A stretch of DNA of 64,000 bases from Vitrella brassicaformis CCMP3155 (Eukaryota; Protista; Chromerida). Numbering within the stretch: position 1 is the first letter of the stretch; each line of letters opens with the position of its first letter. The position numbers were made by a program, and so were the translations under genes. Of this stretch, positions 24,153-36,271 are shown in pieces. The stretch covers positions 1-64,000 of the forward strand of contig CDMY01000354.1 of NCBI GenBank assembly GCA_001179505.1, in the 5' to 3' direction. The notes beneath the pieces are model-generated. The model saw only the letters and a program-made list of their open reading frames with translations, was not told the origin of the DNA and searched no databases.

Positions 24153-25814
24153 TGTGATTCTCACCCACCCACTCACCTCGTCCTTGTAGTTCCACCTGCA
24201 TTGGTGCTTGCCGAGGGCGAAGAGAGGCGGCATCGTCGGCAGACCTGCGTGTTCACGCGTTGTGTCAAAACAGAGAGGGGACGCTGTGCTGTGTTGCGCT
24301 GTGCTTTGCTGTGCGTGCTACATACCGGCAACTGAGTGGAACTGCTTCATGACGTTCATGGGAGTGGGGCCAAGGAAGACGAAGAAGTCCATCACACCGG
24401 TCTCGGCCACCCACCACGAGTACTTGGTCGGCAAGTCACCCTCTTTCTAACACACACACACACACACACATCCAGACACACATACTGTGGATCATCTCCC
24501 CCCTCCCTCTCTGTGCTCACGGTTTCCTGCATGAGCTTGGCCCATGACTCTGAGGGGTTGGTCCAGAGGAATCCCGTGACGACCGGTGGCTGGCCCTTGG
24601 GGCTGTCGTGTATAGCGACGAGGTGCGGGACGGTGCCGTAGAGGGCCATCTCGTTGTCCAGCTCGTACTCAAACACGTCCAGATTGAAGAACCTGACATG
24701 AGAGGGATGCTTGGTTGGTTGGTTTGTTTGTGTGTGTGTGTGCATGGTTGGTGTGCAGGCAGGCACCTGTATGGCTCTGGGTAGGACGGCAGCGGCATGG
24801 GGGCGGCATGCTCAGGCAAGCCATACACATGCTCCACTGATACAACATAACAATCGGTTTCATCCATCCCTGTCTTTATTGGGTCTCATTCCTTCCCACC
24901 CACTCCTTCACTCACTCACCGCCAATGAAGGCCACGTCGACGCCCACGGCCGAGGGCCCGTGCGGCCTGCTGTCGCGGTGACCCCCGAAGCTCTCCTCCC
25001 ACGCACCGTCCGCATCCACAGACACGGCATCCACAATCACCTTCGCCTCTGGCTCATCCTTGGCAACGCCCTCAGCCTCCGCTGCAGCCTCCTTCTTCCC
25101 CTCATCCCCCTCCTGCTGCTCCTGCTGTTGCTGCTGCTCGTCGCCTTCATCGCCCTCTTCGTCTGCTTCGCCATCTGCAGCAGCTGCTTGGGCGGCGGGA
25201 GGTTGGGGCGGGGGGGGTGGCTCCTCTTTCTTGCGATAGCGCTCGAGGTTCATGAGCTGGTCGCCGTTGACCACCTGCACCAGCCGCTGCCGCACGTAGA
25301 AGGCCAGCTTGAAGGGCGAATGCTGCAGCACCACCCGGCCGGGCGTGATGCTCTTGGCTGTGGCATCCCAACACCCAAACGACACAGCACTCTCCGTCGC
25401 CCCCACACTCACGTCAGCACCGTGCTGCGGCCGCAGCTGAGAGTCGACGATGGCGTCATCCTTTGGCAGACGATACCTCTCGCGCAAGCCAGCGACCTCA
25501 TCCACCGTCACCCGCAGTGCCCCGCCCTCGAGCACCTGCAGCACGCCCTGCAGCTTGCCGTCGTGATGCCTGTGGCTGACGGTCCAGGTGAGAGTGACGT
25601 TGTTCTTGTCGAATGCGACGGATGATGGGTCGACGGTGTAGAGCGAGTCGGGCAGCGCCTGCACTCGGCTGATGTAGCTGCGGTATCTGCGGCAGGGGGA
25701 GGACTCGCTGCATTTCTTGAACTTGTGCCGGTCCACCGACAGGGCCGATGGGAGCAGCCAGGTGGAGATGGCCAGCAGCAGCGAGATCATCCGAAGGCGG
25801 CGGGCCAGTGCCAT
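21213..25814 (-). CDS. GANAB: Glucosidase II alpha subunit (GH31), ER glycoprotein processing
   Basis: Signal peptide then [19 protein letters not shown]; [11 protein letters not shown]; GKHQCRWNY; [18 protein letters not shown]; [11 protein letters not shown]; GWCWPGSS; catalytic [15 protein letters not shown]; [12 protein letters not shown]; [23 protein letters not shown]. Confidence 0.97.
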
Positions 25815-26034
25815 GCTCGTATTGGTACAACACGACGATGCTGCAGTGACCACCAGCCCGGGAGACGCACAGATCTTGCTTGAAATCAGCTGCTCATGCT
25901 CATACACAGCTAGTGCGTCAAGCAGGAACCCGGCTGCAGCACCAAATTCAGCAATTCTGTCACCTGTGGCGAGCTTTCCAAAGGCGTGTTTTCTTCCCCC
26001 TTCTCTCTCACGGCTGCCTTCTCAATCTCCCGCA

Positions 26035-27663
26035 ATGCGGCTTGCATCCATCGGCATCTCTGTCCTCCTGTCAACATCAGTCTCAGCCGATGAACCACCA
26101 TCGTCAGATCTGCCCAGCAGGCCGCGCCCGCCATGCTCTCTACCGTTCGTTCGTCGTCGATGCCTTCCATCCCATGAGTCATCGCGCCCTGACCGTCACC
26201 GATCTTCTGATGCTACTCTGATGACCAGCGCACAGAGGAGAAGAATGGGCCATGCAGCACACGGCGATGACATGCACGCGCCCAGCTATCCGCCGACCCA
26301 CCATGACTCGGCTTTTGTGCGCGGCTTCCCTATTATGAGGATGCAGCGAAGGAGGTCCTGGCGCCGTCAGAATGTGGTTCGGATGGGGTCTGACGGCCGC
26401 GACCCGCAGGCGCCGTGGGACATGTTCGCCCGGATGATTGAGGCCAAAAAGGCCGAGGTGAAGCGGCTCGTGGAAGAACACAGCAGCGACATGGACCCGC
26501 TCATGGTAGGCTGGGCTGGGCTGGGCTGGGCTGTGGATGTGGTGTAGGTTGGTCGCCTCTATGTGTGTGGCTTCTCTTGCTTGCTTCAGATGCGTCTGCA
26601 GTACGTGCGAAGCCCCGTCAACATCAAGATCTCCGAGAGCCTGCGGCCGCCGCGCAACGACTCGGACTTCTGCCACAAGCTGACGATGATTGCCGACCTC
26701 AAGCGGGAGTCCCCCACCCACCCGGACCCCTCTCAGCGACGTGTCCTCTCCTACAGCGACGCCAGTGAGATGGCCTGCGCTCTGACAAACATGGGATTCG
26801 ACGCCATCTTCGTCAACACGGACCAGTCGTTCTGGGGCGGCTCGTATGACGACATCCGCAAGATCAAGGAGGAGTTCAGGGTGCGGGGGGTGCGCTTCAG
26901 TGAGCGGCCTGCGATCATTGCGAAGGACCTGATGCTGCACCCCCTGCAGATGGCCTATGCCGTCGAGATGGGGGCCGACGGGGTGGTGCTAAACTCCCTG
27001 CTGCTGGGGCAGGACATGGAGCACATGATGGAGGCCGCCATTGTCATGGGCTGCGAGACCGTCGTGGAGGTGCACACACAGCAGGAGGCCGACGACGCCG
27101 TCAAACAGGGGGCAAACATCATCATGGTAGAGAGGCACGTGTGTGTGGTAAGGCGCTCCATCTCTGTGTCATGTGCGCAGGTGAACCAGTGGGACCGTGT
27201 TGACGGCCGTCTGTCGCCGCTGCAGGCCGGGAAGCTCCGCGACCGCATCCACCCAGAGGTCATCACCATCGTCGCCGGCGGCATACAGGACTACAAACAG
27301 GTGAGGACCGACCCGACACGCGGACACATGGAGTGGATGGTGTGTGATTGGCCCGCCCGCCCGTCTGTGTGTGTGTGTGCAGATAAGTGACATCGGTATG
27401 CTGGGCTACGATTCTGTTGTGTTGGGGCGCAAACTCGCCGATGTAAGTGCCGGAACCTCTCGCCATGGCCCATGCACACACGCATCAACACACGCCCCCC
27501 TCCCTCCCTCTCTATGTCTCTCTGTGTGTGTCTGTGTGTGTAGGAGGATGTGCCGCAGCTGGTCGATAGGGTGCGTGCGTGGGAGGGCCCCCCGCGGCTG
27601 ACTCTGACGATGGGCATGGGGCGGGCCATCAGAGACGAAGTACAACAAGACATGTACTACTGA
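26035..27663 (+). CDS. Divergent indole-3-glycerol-phosphate synthase-like TIM barrel with bipartite (plastid-type) leader
   Basis: IADLKRESPT, IFVNTDQSFWGGSYDDI, PAIIAKDLMLHPLQMAYAVEMGADGVVL, VVEVHTQQE. Leader MRLASIGISVLLSTSVSA followed by an S/R-rich region with SAF. Several TrpC ligand-binding motifs are altered. Confidence 0.85.
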
Positions 27664-28034
27664 ATGAAGCGTTGTGAATGATGGACGTGTTTGTCGGTCG
27701 CTCGGTCAACCATCCTCACCCACACACAGATTCATTGCCAAGTCCATTCATCAACCGATGAGCATGCAGGATGAAGGCACGAGCGAGCAGGGACCACACG
27801 AACACCAAACTCACAAACAGAGGCACACGCACAATTCCATCCACCAATTAGCTGGAGGATGGCAGCCATATATGCTTTTGCAGCTCCCATGCACGCCCGA
27901 GAGCGGCACACCCCCACACAGATAAATCCCTCACACGAAGGCCGACCAAAAACATGCAACCAGCCGCAATCCATTCGCTACTCACTGCTTTGCAGAACAC
28001 TCACACGCACATTCAGGCGTCTGTCTTTGCATGC

Positions 28035-30259
28035 TCAGGCGCTTGCATCGTTGTCAAGGTCGGACATGTCCTCTGCCGGGGCAGAGGCACCCTTGGCCGC
28101 GCGTGTCATGTCTACGAGTATGTCTTTGATCTCCTTGCGGCTCTCGGCCGGCCTGATAAAGGGCAGCCGCAGCTTCATCGACTGCCCCTCCCGCGTCACC
28201 TTCAGTGTCTGCATCCCACCCGCACACAGCACAGGTCACACATGATGGATGCAGCACCGGCATCCCTTCGTGCTGTTGTCTGTCTGATCGGGTTTGGCGT
28301 GACTGACTGACCATTCCCAGTCGGTCGAGGGTCGTTATGTCAGCAGTGTCGACGGGCAGACCGATGTAGTGCTTCACCTGTGTTTGCAATTGACACGCCA
28401 AGAGACAGATCCCCTTTACAAACAAATGCGCAGTGGGGTGTGTGTTGGCCACCCGTGTATACCATGGCCACATTGGCGTCGCCGTGGTCCGCGTTCATGT
28501 GTCCGGCAACGGGACCAGAGAACGCCATGATGTCGTCAGGCTTGGCCGCCAAGTACTCCGCAGGATCGATGTCGCCCACCCTGCACACATTTGCACACAT
28601 ACGTCTTCACCCCTTCACCAATGTGTCTGTGTGTGTGTGTGCATGTGCATGTGAGTGACCTCGCAAATCCGCCGACAAAGCGCAGGCCGACCACCTCGTC
28701 CATTCGATACCACTTGAAGTCGCCTGCACAACACACGACAGATGCATATGCCATGGACGCAGGGAGAGTGGTAGCTGGCTGCTTTGCTGACCGAAGTTGA
28801 CCCAGTATGCTTCTGGGTGTTTCCGAAGAAAGGCCTCCTTCAGAGGGGCCGTCTCATCGGCCGTCACGCGTGTCATGGTGCCAACCAGACTCACACGGCC
28901 GTCAGACAGACCCTTTACGCAGGCAGAAAGGGAGCATCACACATGGAACTGCTTTACGTCGCCCACCCACCTTAAAGTCTCGAGCCCGGATGGTCACTGC
29001 TGCCTTCTGGTTCTTGATCAGATCCTGGCAGGCACCAGGACCCACACGCACACAAGCAGGCGTCTTGATGACATCTGTCTGTCTGTCCTCTGTCCCTTTC
29101 TTACCTGTCCGTGTGTGGAGAGGCCGGAGAGGCAGAGGATGGGCCTGCCCTCCTCGTCGACGGCGAACTGCACCACTCCGCCGCCGGGGTAGCCCTCGAA
29201 GTGACTCGATATGGTCGATATGGTCGCGTATCTAACCCGCACACACACACACACACACACGGACGGATGGACGCGGTGTGTGCTGATGTGTCTGCATATA
29301 TGAGTACCCGTCTGCGTATTCGACGAGCGACCTTGCCTCCTCTGCCGGCGACAGGAGGGCGGCTGCCTTCTGGTGCTGCACAACACAACACAGCCCAGCA
29401 CAACACAACGAAGCGAACGAAACAGAAACTGATGTATCGTCTGTGTGGGCCGCTATGCGGGTGTGGTTTGGGCGTCCGTGTGTACCTCCATGACTTTCTT
29501 CTGCAGTTCCATCTCCTCAGCGGAGATCTGATCATACCAAAAGGCAGCAACAGGCACTCACTCGGTGGCTGGCTGTCAGGCTGTCTGGCTGTTCCCCCCA
29601 CCTCAGGCTGCTCAGGCACAGCGTGTCCGCCCCGAGCGCCCGCACCCAGACGGTCCTCCTCCTCCTCCTCCTCCTCCTCTTCGGTCGCCGGAGCATCGGC
29701 CGCCGTCGATGTGCTGCTCGACAACATCGTCCGGGGCGTGTGCACTGATGAAACGAAGAAACTCATCCACACCGGAGCGCAGAGCAAGCAGATGAGCTGT
29801 GCTGCAGACGTGCTGACCTCTCGCTCGTGCCATGAGGGTGCTGGTGCTCTTCGCTGCCGGCCCGCTCTGCGTCCTGAAATGCAACCTCGGCCCATCAACC
29901 ATAGCACGCTGGATGCCTGGACTGGCCACGATGGATCTCAGAGGGTAGCCGAGGGACGGTGTCCGCACTCCTGAGCGGAAAGCAGACGCCCGGGAGGCGG
30001 CACGCGCTCGAACGGAGAGGCCACTCATGAAAGCTTCACTGCTCAGCAGAAGGGGGGAAGGCGCAGGCGCGTCAAAGCGCTGCAAAAGGCACGCAGCAGT
30101 TGCCTGCCTGCACGTGTCTGGACGTGTTGCGTGTATACCTTGTACCTGATCTGGCCACGGGGCATCGATGTCGTCTTGCGATGCATCTGCCGATACATGG
30201 TTGACAAAACTCTCTCCAATCAAACTGCTGAGCAGCAGAGAGCATGCCAATGCCTTCAT
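28035..30259 (-). CDS. HugZ/HOZ-type split-barrel heme-binding/degrading protein (PNPO-like plus DUF2470), plastid-type leader
   Basis: HQKAAALLSPAEEARSL; YATISTISSHFEGYPGGGVVQFAVDEEGRPILCLSGLSTH; AFLRKHPEAYWVNFGDFKWYRM; PVAGHMNADH; KLRLPFIRPAESRKEIK. Leader MKALACSLLLSSL..VSA plus EAFMSGLSVRARAASRASAFRS. Confidence 0.85.
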
Positions 30260-30349
30260 GGTGCGAGAGGAGGGGAGATCTGCGCGTCCAAGCTCGCAAG
30301 AGGATCGCCAATCCAAACGAAGTGCACTGTGTTGGCCTCTCAGCGCATC

Positions 30350-31004
30350 ATGGTTGCAGCTGCGTCCAAAGATGTGTCGATTGAGGAGAAATTCGCCGTG
30401 CCGCCGAAGGTGCTGTATCAGGCACTCCTGAGCGCTGATGACCTGACGAGGATGGCACTGGGAGCCGCCACACAGATGGTGAGATGCGTATAGGCTCAGG
30501 ATCTTCACAGAGAGGGAGTGAGCTCGTTTGTGCGTGTCTGTCATCCGTTGCAACCTATGGCAGGACGCCACGGTTGGCGGCAAGTTTTCCCTTTTCGCTG
30601 GCGGCGTGTGCGGCGAGAATGTCGTCCTCGAGGAGCCGAGCAAGATAGTGCAGAAGTGGAGATTGTAAGCCTGCACTGGCATGCAACACGTGACCTTCAC
30701 ACTCGCTCAGCACAGGCAGGGTCTGTATTTCTGTCTGTCTGTCTGCCTGTGCTGTGTGGATGCCGGTGCCGGATGTCTGCGTGGATGCAGTGCCGAGTGG
30801 GCGGACGATGTGTATTCAACGGTGGAGATCCGCTTTATCGAGGAGGCCGAATGCGTCACCCGCATAGAGCTCAAGCAGACGAACATACCTGGCGAAGACA
30901 AGTTCGGCAATCCCGGGGCATACGAGCGGTGTCTGCATGGGTGGAAGGGGAACTTCTTTGATCGCATGGAGAAGGTGCTGGGGTACCCGCGCGAGCGAGG
31001 CTGA
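30350..31004 (+). CDS. Aha1 C-terminal (AHSA1/SRPBCC) domain-only protein
   Basis: IEEKFAVPPKVLYQALL..GGKFSLFAGGVCGENVVLEEPSKIVQKWRF.EWADDVYSTVEI..ELKQTNIP..GWKGNFFDRMEKVLGY. Confidence 0.85.
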
Positions 31005-31202
31005 TGGACTACTCACGCACCTATTTCTCCACTCACTGGCCGACGGGCCGCTGGGTGACCGCTGGCTGTCGATAATCTGCATGTGTGTGGGGGTAGAAGC
31101 TGCTTCTTGTGTGTCATGTCATGTCATGTCATGTCATGTCATGTGTGGGAGTTTTGATCGTCCGTGCATCTGTGAAGTCAGTCAAAGATGCTTGTGGTGA
31201 GC

Positions 31203-31229
31203 TGGTGCTCACGGCGGCCGTGAGCACCA
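31203..31229. other. 13-bp perfect inverted repeat with 1-nt spacer in the Aha1-lifeguard intergenic region
   Basis: tggtgctcacggc-g-gccgtgagcacca. Confidence 0.55.
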
Positions 31230-31455
31230 TGCCTGTTCGTGACGTGCAGATCTAAGCACATATGCCCTGTATTGTATTCCCTTGCTGCTGAAATGCCTTC
31301 GACCAAGTCACGATCCTCGCCAGAGGAGCTCGCATTCCTAAGCCCCCCCAATTCGTCCTTTTCTCCAGGAACAAATTGGAGGAAAGCGACTCCTCGTGCC
31401 GCATTCTTACGACCACACAGTCGCCTCGTCTTGAGAGACCCCGCGCGTTGCCAAA

Positions 31456-32819
31456 ATGATCCCGATGGCGTTGGTGAGTAAGACTGGGCATGGGTATCAA
31501 GAAGCCCAGCAGCCCCACCCAACTCCTCCACCATACGGCGACTCGCCGCAAGCCGCCTACCCCTCTCAGCAGCCCACTCAGCCGTACGCACAGACGCCCC
31601 TGCCGCAGCCCATCATCCAGTACGGCAACCAGCCCGTGCAGCAGCCCACATATCAACCATACGCCCCACAGCCACAGCCAGTGTACCAGGGGGGCTACCA
31701 GGGTGGTGGTGGTTACGACAGTCAGCCAGCCGTCATGTACGGGACGGCGGCGCACCCTGGGAGTGCGCATCACAAGCCTGAGGCGGGTCTGAGTCATTAT
31801 CAGGGAGGCAGCGGTATCCAGCAGATGTATATGGGAGGGGAGATGCCGGTGGGACACTGAGACAGCATGTGGCTGTGTGACCGAGCAGAGACGGACTTGT
31901 GTGTCTGTGTCTGTATGTGTGTGTGCGTGTGTGTGTGTGTTGTGTGGCTGTCAGATTGAGATCCGCCATGCGTTCATCCGGAAGGTCTACGCCATCCTCA
32001 GCTTCCAGCTGCTGGTCAGCAGGGCAAGAAGGACACACAGGCAGACAGAGAGGCACATGGCTGTTTCGCTCCTGCCGGATGTGCAGTTGACATTTGCCAT
32101 TGCGGCGTTGTTCTTCATTGAGGGGTCGAAGCAGTGGCTGCTGAAAAACCCCTGGCTGTTCATTCTCGCCCTCATACTCATGTTTGCCAGCCTCATCAGT
32201 ACGGAAGGACACACATGAGGGAGACGCGCAGCTCAGCACATTGAGCATCGCTTGTGTGTCTGTGTGTGTGTGCAGCTTTGTCATGCTGTGAGGGCCCCGC
32301 CAGGACGTACCCCACCAATTATCTGCTGCTCTTCCTGTTTACGGGATGTGAAGGCCTCTTCATCGGGGTGAGACAAACAGACAGAGACACGGAGGCCGAC
32401 CAACAGCCATCTACTCTCACACACACGGTGTTGTGTGTGCCGCAGGTGACGACGATGCAGTATGACATCCCGGCCATCGCTATCGCCGTCGCCTCCACCG
32501 GAGCAGTCTTCTGCGCGTGCACCGTGTTCGCCATCCAGACCAAAATCGACTTCACAGGTGGGGTTAGACAAGGAGACACAGAGACACAGAGATACAGAGA
32601 GACGCAGGAGGGTTCGTGTGTGCTGTGTGCTGTGTGCTGTGTGCTGTGTGTGGTGCAGGGAAGGGCGGTTACCTGTTTGTGGGTCTGATAGTGCTGTTCA
32701 TCTTCAGCTTCATCATCCCCTTCTTCCCGAATGTGCAACTGGCACAGAAGATTTACGCCGGCCTGGGCACACTGCTCTTCTCGATGTACCTCGTCTACGA
32801 CACACAGGTGCGGCCTGCA

Positions 32820-32854
<35 letters not shown>

Positions 32855-33094
32855 TGCATCTTGTGCACATGTGGGTGCGTGTGGTTCAGCTGATTGTTGG
32901 CGGGAAGCACAGGAGGCACCAGTTCTCAATTGACGACTACGTCTTCGCCAGGTCAGTCAGTTGTCGGATGGCTGCGGGTGTGTGCGTGTGTGTAATGTCT
33001 CGGTGTCTGTCTGTCTGCCAGCCTGATGCTCTACATCGACATCATCCAAATCTTCATCTTCCTTCTCTCACTCATCGGCAGCAGGACAGACTGA
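31456..33094 (+). CDS. Lifeguard / Bax inhibitor-1 (TMBIM) family membrane protein
   Basis: P/Q/Y-rich N-terminus; EIRHAFIRKVYAILSFQLL; RTYPTNYLLLFLFT; FAIQTKIDFT; YLVYDTQLIVGGKH; IDDYVFASLMLYIDIIQIF. Confidence 0.93.
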
Positions 33095-35971
33095 CACACA
33101 CTCACGATCACAGACCACACACCAGGCTGCAGGCGTGGAGCGTGGGAGAGAGGGGCTAACCGAGGACTTTTTCAATCTGCCTGGACAGCGCGTGCGTGTT
33201 ATGTCTTTTTCGTCTGCATCTCCTGTGGCTGCGTGTCAGTGGTGTGTGAGAGACTACTTGCCATGTGTACATGTCGATTGATCATCTGTCGGTCCGTCGG
33301 CGCAGAGATACAGCCGTCCACATATCGGTCTGGTCTTTCCTGCCTCCTCTCTCTCTCTGTCTGACCATTCTGCAGTAGTCAGCCAAATCGCAGGCAGAGC
33401 AATCAAGCAACCATGAACGACCCAATGAACGGTGTAAGCCGGACACAGACAGTCAGACAGAGAGGGAGGGAAGGAGGGAGGGAGGGAGGGGGGGAGAGGG
33501 GGGCAGCAAGTGGGTGGGAGATATCCACAGTGGATGTATCTGTTGGATGGATTGGATCATAAGGAGGCAGGTAGGCAGTAAAGCGAGTCGAGAAGCGAGT
33601 CGAGTAGCAAACTAGGCAGATCGATGGGTTACAAATAAGGACACCACGCACCACAGCACAGCACAGCACAGCACTAGAGGCAGGCAGACAGGGAGAGGCA
33701 GGCAAGCGGCAGGGAGGGAGAGCACCAGACAGAAAGCACAGACACAGCCCCAGCCACAGTGAGTCGATCGGCGTTCGGGCGTCCGGCCATCCATCCATCC
33801 AGCCAGCCAGCCAGCCAGCCGTCCTATTATGCTGTAAGCTCTTAGCTACTTCATGTTGCGGGTGTTGCGGGCGAGGCAAAAACTTCCGATCGACCGACAA
33901 AAAGCCCGCTTAGCTTCACGGCAGCCAGTGTGAGAGGCAGGTAGGCAGGTAGGCAGAGATGGAGGCAAGAAAGCTAGATCTAGATAGATAGAGAGACGGC
34001 CAGGTAGAAAAATGTGTGTGTGGCGGTGCGGTATGTCGCTCGGTCAGGTGGCTGGGCGAAAGTGAGGTGGCGTGACGCGTGAAAGAGAGAGGTGGGAGAG
34101 CCCATCCATTGGACAAGGAACGTAATGCATGCATGTGACCATCTGGAAACTTCTGCAGGGTCGGACCACTCCCACTCACTCACTCTCTGATTCAGACGAA
34201 GCAAGCATAGGCACATCCATGGAGGCAGGCAGGCAGGCATGAAAGCGATCGTGTCAGGTGAGGGTGCGATCCGTCCGCGATTGTCCGTCCTGGGCCCCCG
34301 CTGGCCCAAAACAGAAGGGACCACTGACATAACACATACGTACATACACAACACACACATACGCGACACAAAGCTCGACAGACAGACAGACACACAGGCA
34401 GAAAGTCACTCACTGTGTGTATGCCATGTCGGTGGGTAAGGTAAGTCAGTGGGTAAGTGATATGGGCCACCACATACATAGGAAAACAGAGGGCCCGGCC
34501 CGCCTTAAATTGCTGGCTGCCCTGCCTGTCTCCACATCCACCCCACTCAGACATGCAGGCAAGCAGCATGTTGTCAATCAACGAGACCATGTAATGTATG
34601 TGTGTTGACATGTAATGCACAATGATGGACAAAGACACACCCACCCGTCCCCCTCCCCCTCCCCCAAGCCAGCCAGCCAGCCATCCATCCGGCCATCATA
34701 CCCACGCACCGCAGGGACGAAAGGCCACACACAGCGGCCGGCCGTCTGTCTGTCTGTCTGGCTTTCCAGCACAGCTGCCCCCATCCACAATGATGCCGGC
34801 ATCATGAAAGCAAAGCAAAGCACCAACGCAACACGCACACCTGACTGACTGACTGGCCATAACTGACTGGTGAGAAAGAGGAAAAAGGCCAACTGTTAGG
34901 AGGAAAAGGAAAAGGAAACCCTCCGTTGTCAACTGACTGACTGATGTGCAGAGGTTCTTGACGAGAGAGAAACAAAGCCTGGGAAAAACGAAAAGAAACG
35001 AAAGAAAGGCGCTGAACCAAAACAAAAGAAAACCAAACAAGTGTGTGTCCGTCACGTCAGGTCAATATGCATGAGTGTGTGCAGCCAGTTGGTGCATCCA
35101 CCAGGGGGTGCGGTGCGAGCCGCCCGCACTTTGCGAGCAGCACACACACACACACACACCCCGACACATCAGGTTGTTACGTACGCATCACTGAGCTGCC
35201 TGGTCAATCAGGTACGCAACGGTACGTGTGTGTGTCGCGTCGCATCGCATCGGAGAGCTTTTGACAGCAAGTAGTTGTTGACCGATAAAACAAACCAATT
35301 AAAGAAGACATGAGTGTGTCCGCTCTCACCCCCGCCCCCACCCTCTCTCTCGTGTGCCCAGCCCACATGCATGTTGTCTGTTTCCCTGCGTCTCTGTGCA
35401 GGTCAAAAGCAGCACAGGAAGGTCTTAGGAGTGAGTCACCTGAAAGCACGCATGCGTGTGTCTTGCGTCGCCTTGCCATCCGTCCATTAGGACAGGCGGG
35501 GCGGCGGCACACGGCACACACAGGACACGCAGGACACACCACGGCATATAACGATCGGCACGGCAAATTGAGACAGTCAGTACTGTGTGGTGTGTTGTGT
35601 TGTGTTTGCGAAGAGACAAATAAACCCCCAAGTACACCGAAGCCACGGTAGGTGTCTGTCTGCACCCACCGATGGCATGCACATGTCGGCGGCCACCAAC
35701 CAATGGTGAAGTGAAAAACAGTGGGTCCGTTCGTCGCTTGCTCGCTCGCCAGTCAGGTGAGCCGAAACTGACAGACATGAGGCAAGGCACCATGGACGGA
35801 CGGGACGGCAGGCAGGCAGGCACACGCGTAGAGAGGACGATAGGCAGGCAGATCGTTCGTACGATAGATGGGATGGGATGGACAGGCACGCACCGCACGT
35901 ATGTATCGTGTCTATGGGCATCAATCAATGTGGGCAGGCAGGCGTCACAGCTCACTCGCCACCGCCCCCCC

Positions 35972-36271
35972 NNNNNNNNNNNNNNNNNNNNNNNNNNNNN
36001 NNNNNNNNNNNNNNNNNNNNNNNNNNNNNNNNNNNNNNNNNNNNNNNNNNNNNNNNNNNNNNNNNNNNNNNNNNNNNNNNNNNNNNNNNNNNNNNNNNNN
36101 NNNNNNNNNNNNNNNNNNNNNNNNNNNNNNNNNNNNNNNNNNNNNNNNNNNNNNNNNNNNNNNNNNNNNNNNNNNNNNNNNNNNNNNNNNNNNNNNNNNN
36201 NNNNNNNNNNNNNNNNNNNNNNNNNNNNNNNNNNNNNNNNNNNNNNNNNNNNNNNNNNNNNNNNNNNNNNN
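35972..36271. other. Assembly gap (300 N) after a poly-C run; similar gaps at 37012-37311 and 57691-57990
   Basis: Each run is exactly 300 N and borders a C or G homopolymer, consistent with placeholder gaps. Confidence 0.95.

Noticed and set aside
21213-25814. Glucosidase II as a member of the glucan cluster
   Set aside because: It is a housekeeping ER N-glycan enzyme 14 kb away, separated by unrelated genes.
33820-33920. Possible snRNA-like sequence with U-rich tracts on the minus strand
   Set aside because: No convincing match to U1-U6 or spliced-leader structures by eye.
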